A stretch of 64,000 nt of DNA. Source: a virus (taxonomy: Duplodnaviria; Caudoviricetes). The stretch is taken from positions 32,001 through 96,000 of the IMG/VR virus record IMGVR_UViG_3300024346_000016. One strand, 5' to 3'. Shown here piece by piece: positions 9,097 to 19,800 of this stretch; position 1 is the stretch's first letter; each line of letters starts with the position of its first letter. The translations under genes and the position numbers were made by a program. Under the pieces are notes generated by a model, which saw nothing but the letters and a program-made list of their open reading frames with translations, was not told the DNA's origin and made no database searches.

Positions 9097-9920
9097 TGCC
9101 AATCACCTACGTTAACATATCTGCAATTGGCTTACCTAGTGCCAATGTTGTATTTAGTTCAAATAATAAGTATTCTTATTATGAGCCAGTTGACACCTAC
9201 TCTAAGGAGCAAATGTCAAATCTTGAGCAACTAAAATTGTATGGAATTATACCAGCGTTTGACGTCGAAAACCTTATGGTGTATGCCCCGCTTAACGATC
9301 AGATTTACGGAAGAAAGTTTATTGAAAATGGTGTTGAGGTACTTAGAAAGGTGCATGAACCAGAATATTGGAAAAATCTTGGGTATATTTCATATAAAGA
9401 CGGAAAACAAGTAGGATTCATTCCTTCATTTTTTACTAAAAATTCATTGGATATTTCTGAATTAAAAATTGCGACAGATCGCCTAACTGTTCCCAAACAT
9501 CTTCCAGTGTTTATCTCTGCAAGAGAAGTCATGGGAAAATCTACAGTTTTATGGAAACTGGTCAATGTTACAGCCGGTTCTTCTCCAGTTACAATGGCAG
9601 AGGTTGAAGCAGGCTGGACTTTTATTTGGAGATTTGACGAAGCAGGCGAATATGAAATATCTGGAACAGTTATAGATCTCTGGGGAAATGAACACCCTCT
9701 TCCAGAAAGACGATTCGTTAAGGTACTGACCAAAGACGACTATATTGACTATATTGAAAGTAGTTTAAACTCAAGGCCAATCACTTCAAGTTTAGCTAAA
9801 AACTCTCTACGAGCAGATGCCCAAATGATTGATATTAATTTTGATGATTATGAAATCTTATCAGACGGTACAATTATCAACCGAAATAATGGAACAGAGA
9901 TAAATTTAAGTACGATCTAA
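9096..9920 (+). CDS. Virion protein with PKD-like domain
   Basis: TAATG-coupled; FDEAGEYEISGTVIDLWGN is PKD-like. Confidence 0.5.
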   Translation: MPITYVNISAIGLPSANVVFSSNNKYSYYEPVDTYSKEQMSNLEQLKLYGIIPAFDVENLMVYAPLNDQIYGRKFIENGVEVLRKVHEPEYWKNLGYISYKDGKQVGFIPSFFTKNSLDISELKIATDRLTVPKHLPVFISAREVMGKSTVLWKLVNVTAGSSPVTMAEVEAGWTFIWRFDEAGEYEISGTVIDLWGNEHPLPERRFVKVLTKDDYIDYIESSLNSRPITSSLAKNSLRADAQMIDINFDDYEILSDGTIINRNNGTEINLSTI

Positions 9921-9985
9921 GCCAGTTTCTGTTTTGTTAGTACAAGAAGGCTAATCGGCTATTATTTGCAAGCTAACACTCTGCT

Positions 9986-9993
9986 AATAAATA
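9986..9993 (+). promoter_or_regulatory. Late promoter AATAAATA
   Basis: CTAATAAATAACAAAAA is shared with the 3510 site. Confidence 0.7.
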
Positions 9994-10014
9994 ACAAAAA
10001 ATAGAATAAAACAA

Positions 10015-11037
10015 ATGGCTTTTGTTGCACTATCCCTATCAACACAAGAAATTCTAGAAACTACGTATGTATCAGATATGCGTATTATCTCTAACAGCAA
10101 TACCGGATTGCTTAAGAGTAAAGTAGAAGATCTAATTAACAACTTAAAAATCGACCTTTCTGATAAAAAGATCGGAGTTGACCCGGACACAACCTTAACT
10201 CCATTAACAGAGTTAAAAACTAGAGTACTAACCATTCAAAATGGCCAGCTGTACTTTAAAAACGCAAACGGTACTGCAGATTTAATTAAATTTGAAACTG
10301 ATACAGTTAACAGCGCAACCGTTGGTAAAATTACAACAGGTTTGCTTGTAGCAAATGCATCGATTTCATCAGCGGGTCTAGCAATCTCTGGTACATCAAC
10401 CTTTACTGGTGCAATTACAACAAACGGCCAATCCAATTTAGTTGGATCCGTAAATATCACAGGAAGTTTCTCTAATAGCCGAGAAGACGTTACCAAAACG
10501 TTAGTTGCGGTAGCTGGTGCAAACCGAGCAAAAGCCGAAGTTACTCTAACTGCAACTAGTAAATCATTAATTATATTAACTCTTGATGCAAGCTCATTCT
10601 ATAGCGGATCTGCTTTCCAGAGTACAATTACAGACGGTATTGATATTGTTCTTATAAACGACGCCACTTCTCCGGTAAGAAGCGGTCAAGAATTTACAAT
10701 TATGGTACGCGCCGTCACCTATACATCAGGTGGAACAGTTACTCACGTAAGTGGAGTATACGAAACCTTTGCTACAACAAATACAGCAACTCATAAAATT
10801 AGAGTAATTGGACAAAACTTTGCAGTATTAGACCAAGATGCGGTTGGATTAGATTCAACTCATACTACGCTAGCTTCACAATGGGCAGTTGGATTAAGTA
10901 GTAACCTATTTACATCTTCTGTTACCTTAATGAATGTTGGAACAGTTAAAAATAGTGCGAACCTTCCTGCAAGTTGGGGAGCAAATCAATCAAGACTTGT
11001 TGTAACTGGTGCTTCAAACGCCATCTATAACATTTAA
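10015..11037 (+). CDS. Virion fibre-like protein
   Basis: 340-aa Thr/Ser/Gly-rich ORF with beta-repeat segment (GTSTFTGAITTNGQSNLVGSVNITGSF); late promoter upstream. Confidence 0.5.
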   Translation: MAFVALSLSTQEILETTYVSDMRIISNSNTGLLKSKVEDLINNLKIDLSDKKIGVDPDTTLTPLTELKTRVLTIQNGQLYFKNANGTADLIKFETDTVNSATVGKITTGLLVANASISSAGLAISGTSTFTGAITTNGQSNLVGSVNITGSFSNSREDVTKTLVAVAGANRAKAEVTLTATSKSLIILTLDASSFYSGSAFQSTITDGIDIVLINDATSPVRSGQEFTIMVRAVTYTSGGTVTHVSGVYETFATTNTATHKIRVIGQNFAVLDQDAVGLDSTHTTLASQWAVGLSSNLFTSSVTLMNVGTVKNSANLPASWGANQSRLVVTGASNAIYNI

Positions 11038-11058
11038 AAATAAAACCCTGAGCGCAAA

Positions 11059-13188
11059 ATGGCAGTTGCTCCTATTATAAAACCAATAACAACTAGAAAG
11101 GGTATATTTTACACTTTCCAGAGTTCATTAGAAGACTTAACTTTATCATTTAATAATAGTGGTAATCAATTTAAGTTTTCTAACTTTGTGCTTTTAAATT
11201 TACCTAATGTTGGAACACCAGACGGGACGCCTTCAGATAATAAGCTATTCTTTAAAGCTCAAGGTGAAACCTTAATGACTGATCCGGGTCTTTATAACCA
11301 AAGCAATCAAAACTACAATTTAGCTCAAAGTTTTCAAAATTACGCTTTGAATCTAGAAGCTTTATTGATTTCTCAAGATTCTTATAATAGAGAATTGCCG
11401 CTTAACGTATCGGAAAGAGTTTTTTGGAAATGGTTAAAGGAAGCAGGAGCTATTCGCTGGAGAGGCGCTAACACGCTAGAAACTTCTACTGCTAGCATTT
11501 TTACAGAAGAGGACGAAGCAGTAGGCTCTTCATATAGTAAAGTTGTACAGTATATTGGTGAAATTGATATTGTTAACTCGTATAAAGGTAAAGAAAACTC
11601 ATATAGCGAACTTTACCTACATGTTCCAAATAACGTAGGTTCAACTCCATATACTCTATTTAAGTCTATCGCTGACGATAATTATAAGCCAAATATGACA
11701 ATTACACACAGTCCAGATTTACCTGAAGACCGTGAAACAATTGTTGGTCGCCACTATAGTGATACTCACCCTCAAGGATTAAGTCTAAATGCATTTTATG
11801 ATTTAGATGATTCAACTGTTCTTTTAGAGCAAGCCCCATATGCCGGGTCTACCTATACTGCACAAAACTGGTTTCAGGGAACCTTAAATAATTCATACTA
11901 TACTGATGGTACTTATGATGCACCATCTGCTACTTGGAAATATAATACCGCAACCAATAAGAAAATTAAAAAGAGTAAAACTAATGGCGGTGTAACCACA
12001 ACTATTAATTATACCAGATCAACTTTAGACGGGGTATGTTTAGATTTTGCAATTAGCGATTACTTAGTTGCAACTCAAAATGCAAAAACGGCCTTTTCCG
12101 GCCTTAACGACATTAATGTTCAAAATAAAAACTTTGATTTTAACACAGTTCTTGTTTATTATGATGTAATTGATCCAGTAACTAAAGTATTAAAGGCTAA
12201 GAATTTATATGGTGTACTTTTCTTAAATAAAATTCAACCAAACGGTTTAGAATTTGAAATACCAAGACTCGCTAAATATAAGCCAGATCCATTAAGTAAA
12301 ATTAATGGTAACTCTTATGCATTTAAACTTAACGTGAAATTCGATACTTCAATTGAAGATGTTGCAGTAGAACCAATTAAAAATATTAATGCAAACGCTG
12401 GATTCAGTTTAGAGCTTTTTACAGACTTAATGAATCGTTTTCAAACCGTTGCAATTAATCAGGAGGCTAAATTAACCCAATTTACTCAATTACAAACTGA
12501 CTGGGAAAAAGTTAAGTCAAGTCTATTAACTACTAGTAAAACTTCTGATATAGAATCAAGACTTTCAAGCTTAGAAAAAGCTCTACTTGCAAATAGTGCG
12601 CTATTTTTAAATACTAAAAACGTTATTGAGAAAATCACAAACGTCGAAGGTCAACTTACAAATTTTGTAGCAGGCAAGACTTCTCTTGAAGTTGCATATA
12701 ATACAGATGTTGTAAAAAGCGGATCGGGGATAGGAATTAGCCGAGGAATCAGTAACCAAATCGTTGTCAACAATGAAACACCAGATTACAATTTTGAAAC
12801 AAGCCCAATCTTTGATATTGCGCTAGCTCAATCAATTCCTCTAGTACCATTTAGTAATTATTATAGACATGAAAAATCTGGGAATTCACATACCCTAACT
12901 GGAAATCTGGTTTTAAAAATTAACGATACCTTAACTCAATGGAAAAAAGGCCAAGTGTTAAGATTAGTATTTGCAGATCCAGTTTTAACAAACGGATATA
13001 ATATTACACTATCAACTGATGCATTAGCTAGATCTACAAATTTAGATTTTTCTAGTGTTACTCAAGCATACAACACAAGAATAGGAATATTAACAGATTA
13101 CGGCTGGTCCAGCGATAATCGACCTATTTTCGAAATCATTTGTATAAATTCTTTAACCTTGGACTTTAAAATAGATAGAATACGATAA
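11059..13188 (+). CDS. Large hypothetical virion protein with central coiled coil
   Basis: 709-aa ORF in the structural operon; heptad segment DIESRLSSLEKALL. Confidence 0.5.
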   Translation: MAVAPIIKPITTRKGIFYTFQSSLEDLTLSFNNSGNQFKFSNFVLLNLPNVGTPDGTPSDNKLFFKAQGETLMTDPGLYNQSNQNYNLAQSFQNYALNLEALLISQDSYNRELPLNVSERVFWKWLKEAGAIRWRGANTLETSTASIFTEEDEAVGSSYSKVVQYIGEIDIVNSYKGKENSYSELYLHVPNNVGSTPYTLFKSIADDNYKPNMTITHSPDLPEDRETIVGRHYSDTHPQGLSLNAFYDLDDSTVLLEQAPYAGSTYTAQNWFQGTLNNSYYTDGTYDAPSATWKYNTATNKKIKKSKTNGGVTTTINYTRSTLDGVCLDFAISDYLVATQNAKTAFSGLNDINVQNKNFDFNTVLVYYDVIDPVTKVLKAKNLYGVLFLNKIQPNGLEFEIPRLAKYKPDPLSKINGNSYAFKLNVKFDTSIEDVAVEPIKNINANAGFSLELFTDLMNRFQTVAINQEAKLTQFTQLQTDWEKVKSSLLTTSKTSDIESRLSSLEKALLANSALFLNTKNVIEKITNVEGQLTNFVAGKTSLEVAYNTDVVKSGSGIGISRGISNQIVVNNETPDYNFETSPIFDIALAQSIPLVPFSNYYRHEKSGNSHTLTGNLVLKINDTLTQWKKGQVLRLVFADPVLTNGYNITLSTDALARSTNLDFSSVTQAYNTRIGILTDYGWSSDNRPIFEIICINSLTLDFKIDRIR

Positions 13189-16100
13189 TGGCTGAAGGAA
13201 CTAATTCTTTATCAGAGATCTTAAATTCGCTTGGCGTACAAACCACTAACGCACAAGAGCTTATTTCAAAAATGAATCAGGCTCTAACTACAAATTCTAG
13301 CCAAGTTGAAGTTACTCGAATCGATGCAGATGATCCAACTTTAAGTACAACTATTCCAATTCCATCAATTGGATATATGAATGGTCGTATTGAAGAAATC
13401 GATACTAAATTTAAGACTCTTCTTAACGCAAACGGTAATACAATTGGAGTTAAGGACGATCAAGGCAACGTTAAACGATTTGAGCTTAACGACATAACTA
13501 AAACTATTTCAGATCTTGAAAAAATCGGAGATGCGAGTTTAGGGTTACCAACCAGATTTAAAACCAAAAATAACTGGTTTTTTGAGAGTTTCCTTAGCCC
13601 ACTACTATATGTTCCAATTGACGTAACTAATTATGTATCAGATGATATTTCTAAGTTTGAAATTAGAAGAGTTATTGTAAATGTTGGAGAAGATACTGAC
13701 TTAATTACATTTTTTAATAATAATTACAAAGGTAAAAATTCCGTTAATTACACAACTCTATTAAATGATTTAGTAAATGCTGGAATTTCTTATTTTGAAG
13801 ATACAAATATTGTAGATTTACCTGGAGCAATTAACAGATATCGCGGAACGTTTAAAGTTCAAACCATTTCTGAAATAACTGTGCCTGAAACTATTAACGG
13901 CGAAATCCTAAGTTACAGTAAAGTAAAATACGTTCTTGATAAATTAGAATACACAGATGTAACTGGATCTACTCCAGCTGCACAGCGAAGAGAATTATCG
14001 GTTGGCGCTAGAGTAATAACTGAAGAAAATTCAGAATATCTAGTTGAGTCAGTTGATACTAAAGATAAATCAGTTATTTTAAAAAGAGTATTTGGATCAG
14101 ATGGAATTGTTCTTTTTGAAAACCTAAGAATTAAACCTGAACTATATAGATCACCAACTCTTGCTGTAAACATTGGATATAACGAACGCGAAGTAATTTT
14201 TATAAAACCAATAAGTTCAAAAATGGACTTAACCGTTGATTTTATTTCAAACGGATTTGGAATTTACACAAATGAATTGCAAATTACTCTACAAAGCGGA
14301 CAAAATTTAACGCTAAACGAATACTACAATAATTTTGTTGCAGATTTTGGCTTATTGTTTTTATCATTTGCAAAGGAAAAGAAATTGCCGAATTCTCTAG
14401 GATTTCAGCCAAATTCGCCAACCCTTAGTTCAGCAAATTTTAAAGTTTTACAAATAGATTCACACGTAACTAATACGGACGCTGCGTCTACTGTAAAAAC
14501 CTTAGTTTCACAAAAAGAATCAATTAATTCTCAATTAAGAGAATTAGACAAATCAATTGATACTCTTAAAAAGACAATTAACTCATCAGGTAATCAAAAT
14601 GATGCAATTCGACTTAAAGCACAATCTGATTTAAATAATAAAACTTCAGCAAGATCGCAGTCATTTTCTCAATTATCAACGGTAGTTAAAGAACTTTCGC
14701 TAAACGTAAAAACCTCACCAGAATTTAGCGTTTCTCCTAAATATCGTGTTAGAGGATTTTGGGAAATTCCTGCGGATATTGATTCGCCATATGGCTTACA
14801 AAAAACTGTTCAGTTTAAAATTGCATACAGGTATCTAAGTTTAAACAAAGATGCAGCCGCTGCTGACCCTATTACATTTACAGATGCAGCTGGAACTCAA
14901 AGAACTGGCTATTTTTCTCCATGGACAGAGACTTTAACAAAGGCTAAGCAAAAGACATATAACTCAACAACCGGTCTTTACGAATGGACTGAGGAAAATG
15001 TTGCAGATCCGGAATCAGTTAATATTAATCAATTGGATATTGCAATTAGAAAAGGTGAATCTGTTGAAATTAAAATTAAATCTCTTTCTGAAGCAGGTTT
15101 TCCAGATAATCCAGTTGAATCAGAGTGGTCTGACGCTATTACAATAGACTTTCCATCAAATATTCAATCAGCAGAAGAAAATACCCTTATTGCTCAGCAG
15201 GCAATGGCAGACGAGAGTAGAATTTCCCTACAGGAAGAATTAAATGCTAGAGGATTAGATCTTCACTTATCTACCGCCTTTACTAGTAAAGATAAGTATT
15301 ATTCACATACAACAGATGCGGTTGCGTCAGGATTCTTTTTAGCAGACGGCACCGCTATTTCTTTATACGATAAGTTAAAAGAAATATCAGAGTCTCTTTC
15401 AGCAATTCAGGCGTCTCTTTCTACCGCAACAGCTGAACTTATTATTAGCATAATTACCCCAGAGGGTAGCGAAGTACAGGTTACAAATGGCCAAACCGTT
15501 GATTTGTTTGCTGGATATTATGTAGACTCTGCTAAATTAACAGACGGTTCTTTAGATAAAGGTAAAGTTGTATCTAAAGAATATCAAGTTAAGATTAGAA
15601 ATGCTTCGCAAACCCCGCTTGAATTACTTTCAACCTTAGGCGGAGGAATTGGAGTGGCTGCACCAACATCTTTCCCAGGTGCAAATACTGATACTCAATA
15701 CAATACATATTTAAGATACGATAAAGCTCCAATTAATTTAAATGGAGTTTCTAGAGCAGGCTTTGCTGCATTTACACAAAGAACCGGCTATCAATCATCC
15801 CAAGTAAAAAGCCAATATATCTATGCTAGATACTTTAATGCGGATAATAGTAAGCGCCTCTATTATGGAGATATGCTAGACCAATCTGCTTCAACTTCTA
15901 GTATCAATGTGTCATCGTATGCAACTAACCAAAACTATAAATTTACTGATACGGTAAACGTAGTCCCCGGAAAACCTAACTATATGGGTGGACACTATAT
16001 TCCATCTATTCCTGGTGCAGCAGGCTCGCTTGATGTTTGGAATGGCGGCCTTTCCGGCGGAGTTCCTACTGGAGGTGGAACCCTTACTGAATTCTGTATT

Positions 16101-16862
16101 CATAAAGATCACCCATTCCTTAAAAACTTAGGAAACGGTTCATTCAATGGTAATAATTTCTTAGGCCTTAGTGCAAGCGCACCATACGAAGTTTCAGGAA
16201 ATGCTATCACAAATACAAGTCAAGTATATTTACCGTTTTCACACGCGGTTCACTTTAACACAAGCGCAGAAGCAGGAACCAATGAATTTGGAGTTCCATA
16301 CTATGCACAAGCGGAAAGGGTAACCCCAGAATCTCCTTATGCATATAGCGATGTATTATATTCAGCTCTAAATACTTTTCCAATTAAAATTGGATTTGGG
16401 ACAGGCGATGATTATCTAATTGGTGCAAAAACTTGCGGGTCATACTTATTTATGATGCCACAATCATATGCAGCTATTTCAGTAGACGGATCAAACGCAA
16501 GATCATCAAAAAGAACAGTTTCTGCCGGATCTGCTGCTTCAATAACAGTTCCAGTAGTTTTCCAATTTAGAACAACTGATAAAATCGGTGAAATTGGAGG
16601 TTGGTCAACCGGTCAAAAATTAACTAATATTACATATACAAAAATTATTGGACTTGATATTTACACTAAGAGTGGATTATTTGAGTTCGATATACAGGTT
16701 AGTGGTAAGCATCAGCGTGATACAATTATTACTTCGCCAACTATATTTACGCCACATGGCGGATCAGGCGGAGGCGGCGTTTACATATCAGATTTAACTG
16801 ATATTCTTAGAAGCTCAGCATTTAATTTATCACTGAACTCTTCTCTAAGTGCATTTGGGTAA
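13188..16862 (+). CDS. Large hypothetical virion protein (1224 aa) with coiled coils
   Basis: TAATG-coupled; heptads around QKESINSQLRELDKSIDTLKK. Confidence 0.5.
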   Translation: MAEGTNSLSEILNSLGVQTTNAQELISKMNQALTTNSSQVEVTRIDADDPTLSTTIPIPSIGYMNGRIEEIDTKFKTLLNANGNTIGVKDDQGNVKRFELNDITKTISDLEKIGDASLGLPTRFKTKNNWFFESFLSPLLYVPIDVTNYVSDDISKFEIRRVIVNVGEDTDLITFFNNNYKGKNSVNYTTLLNDLVNAGISYFEDTNIVDLPGAINRYRGTFKVQTISEITVPETINGEILSYSKVKYVLDKLEYTDVTGSTPAAQRRELSVGARVITEENSEYLVESVDTKDKSVILKRVFGSDGIVLFENLRIKPELYRSPTLAVNIGYNEREVIFIKPISSKMDLTVDFISNGFGIYTNELQITLQSGQNLTLNEYYNNFVADFGLLFLSFAKEKKLPNSLGFQPNSPTLSSANFKVLQIDSHVTNTDAASTVKTLVSQKESINSQLRELDKSIDTLKKTINSSGNQNDAIRLKAQSDLNNKTSARSQSFSQLSTVVKELSLNVKTSPEFSVSPKYRVRGFWEIPADIDSPYGLQKTVQFKIAYRYLSLNKDAAAADPITFTDAAGTQRTGYFSPWTETLTKAKQKTYNSTTGLYEWTEENVADPESVNINQLDIAIRKGESVEIKIKSLSEAGFPDNPVESEWSDAITIDFPSNIQSAEENTLIAQQAMADESRISLQEELNARGLDLHLSTAFTSKDKYYSHTTDAVASGFFLADGTAISLYDKLKEISESLSAIQASLSTATAELIISIITPEGSEVQVTNGQTVDLFAGYYVDSAKLTDGSLDKGKVVSKEYQVKIRNASQTPLELLSTLGGGIGVAAPTSFPGANTDTQYNTYLRYDKAPINLNGVSRAGFAAFTQRTGYQSSQVKSQYIYARYFNADNSKRLYYGDMLDQSASTSSINVSSYATNQNYKFTDTVNVVPGKPNYMGGHYIPSIPGAAGSLDVWNGGLSGGVPTGGGTLTEFCIHKDHPFLKNLGNGSFNGNNFLGLSASAPYEVSGNAITNTSQVYLPFSHAVHFNTSAEAGTNEFGVPYYAQAERVTPESPYAYSDVLYSALNTFPIKIGFGTGDDYLIGAKTCGSYLFMMPQSYAAISVDGSNARSSKRTVSAGSAASITVPVVFQFRTTDKIGEIGGWSTGQKLTNITYTKIIGLDIYTKSGLFEFDIQVSGKHQRDTIITSPTIFTPHGGSGGGGVYISDLTDILRSSAFNLSLNSSLSAFG

Positions 16863-16883
16863 TATAAAAATTAAGTATGACAC

Positions 16884-19800
16884 ATGCCATTATCTTATAA
16901 AAAGATTACACCCTTTGACACATCATTTGGATTAGTTAGAACTAACCCTAAACTTACAGGTAATGTTAAGTTAGTGGTAGATGCTAACCAAAATTTATAT
17001 TTTGAATCAATTGAGGCAAGTTCTGAATTAGCAAATGATAAGTATAAAGCCTATCCAATTGACCCAACGTCTAATCATGATTCAAATCTATATAGATTTT
17101 TTAGTAATGGAAATACGCCAGAATCAATTGTATTTGGCGTAAAAACAAATGTCGCACTGGATTCAACATCATCAAATTTTGCTGACCAATACGATTTTTC
17201 TGAATATTTTTCAGGCGCGCGATACTGTATATCAAAGAATTATTCTGAAAAGTTCAAGTACTTTGCGCCAATATATTTAAATAAAGAGGTCCCAGAAAAA
17301 TTTGTAATTTTTAAAATCCCTGGGGCAAGTCACTTGCCAATTTCGGAAACCAAAGCAAGCTATCCATATGCCAAGGCTGGACATTTAAAAAGCATACTGG
17401 ATGATGCTCAAATTATAAAAACCTTTGACTTAGGAGTAGACTCGCATATCGGTAAGTATCTTAAAAAGATGCAGAGCAATCCGTTATTTCCGTCGACTAC
17501 ACTAAACTTTCCATTTAACAGAGGGTTGCTTGCATCATATTCGGGAGTTGCCTATAAAGTTGGCTGTTACACTGAAAAATTTGAAAACCTACAAGATCTA
17601 ATTATAGGCGGTAAAACTATTACTGACTTTGAAGAATATGTAACTCTAGGTTATGAGAGAAACTCTGTAATTTATCCAAATATTCTAAATCTAGAATTTC
17701 TATTTGACGACACGTCAGACGACTTTGAATTTAATAGATATTTTGGAATTTACTGTAATACTGTAGATTTAGCCGAGCTAGATTTTGACTTAAGCGATCA
17801 TGCTGCGCTTGCATTAAATTCTCCAACCATTACTGATCCTAACACATATGAATATGCGCAAACACCATTTACCCAAACTAATGAAAATGGATTAGATCTA
17901 AAATTTTATTCAATTCCAGCGTCTATTTCTTCAGCACTGTCTGAATTAGACGGAGCCGGCATTATTACGATTGAAGATAAGTTAGGTAACTTACATAAAG
18001 TTACGCAAGCAAATATTTTAGATTCAAAATTAAAGATTTCGAGTAAATCAATAGATTTGTCTCTACTACACGGTCCAACTGAAACATTTATGGAAGACTC
18101 TGCCGATTATACAAAAGGTGGAATCCAATCATTTATTGAAATTTCAATTGACGCAATCCCAAACCACCTAGATCAACTTAGAATTTATTATCCAAATGGA
18201 AAAGCGACTAATCAAAATTCTAAGAGATTTGAAACACTTACTGCAGTATCTAATTTTTCATATAATGGGTCGACTCTACTTGGAGCGCTTGCTCTATACA
18301 ATGAATATGGGCCAGATCAATTTTACTATAGTATTAATGTTGTACAGCAGGAAGATCTAGCGACTCAATTACAAAAAATTGCAGAGTCGATAACCGAAGC
18401 AATTAACGCTATACAAAACAGTGGATTTAAAGCATTTTCTTATCAAAACCGAATATTTATTGTTGTAAATACCGAAGGTAATGTTTCATTGGAATATGCG
18501 GCCCAATATATTCCAGCCAGTAGCGACCTTAAAATAACTATATCAGAAGAGCCAATTTTTAAGAAAACGGCGGCCGACCTACTTGGAACAAGTTCTAGTA
18601 CAACTATCGATTTAACTAATAGCGATTATATTGTATATGGCGAAGCTTCACCCAGTATTAATCAAACTAACTACTCATTTGGTACTTTGATTGCAGAAGC
18701 TGGAGTAAAAACCCTAACGTTTGGTATAGGAAATTTAGACCAAACTGACATAATTGGATGTCAAGTAGTTAATTTTAAGCCCGGCTCAGCACTATCCTCG
18801 CATATTTCAGTTGAAGGCCAATATTTCAATAAATTACATACAAATAAGGCAGATATTCTAGTACAATCACCTTCTGGTTGGGTTGAAATTGAAAATATTG
18901 TTAAGAGTATAGATTACATAAACACCAATACATTTACTAGCGAAGCTGATAAAATTAAAGCAGTAGACTATTACGATAATAATATAAACGTATTAACAGA
19001 AAACGGCACAGAAGCTCTTTTAAAATTTGGACTAGTTCAATTTAAAAAGAAATATAAACCAACAATTAGTGCATTATCAATTATCCCAATTAAAGATTTT
19101 GATTTTGACCATACTGATAGCCAATACTCGTCTACTCAATTAAGTGATGTCTGGAAATCTGCATTTATTCCAGAGGGAATTAATATGATTAACCTAGGAA
19201 AATCTGCATATCGAGTTTTAAATGGTAGTATTAAAATTGGAACGTCTACATATAGTGATGGAGATTTAATTGAAAAAACAGTACTACCGACGGTTGTTAA
19301 ATTTGAAGCGATAAACGGAGATCCGTTTGTAATTCCAGCACTATCACTAACAACACCTACTTATGATGTTGAGCTTGCTGAGGCTACTCCAGATATTTTA
19401 GATTTTAAAGGATTTTTTACAATCACGTCAGACTATGCTGAAGTTTCTCCTTCTAAAACAGTATCATACATTTATCGAGATAGATTTACAAGCGGAAAAA
19501 TTACATCAGAGTACGACTCAAATTACGAAAGATTTTTAATTGAAAATGCTGGAAAAAACCGATTGGTTAAGTACATCTGTAAATGGGGCGCCGACGGTTC
19601 CCTTGATTCAAGATCAAACCCGTATCGTTTGAATGCGGATTTAGTTTTTGGTGTAAATAATTTTTCACCCGAGCCAAATAAAGTTGAGCCAGATTCAAGT
19701 TTAATGACGCATGAGTGGTTTTATATTGAATCTCTATATGATTATATTAATGACATAACGGCCGCGTCTCAAAACAAACTATATTTTGATACGCCGTTTA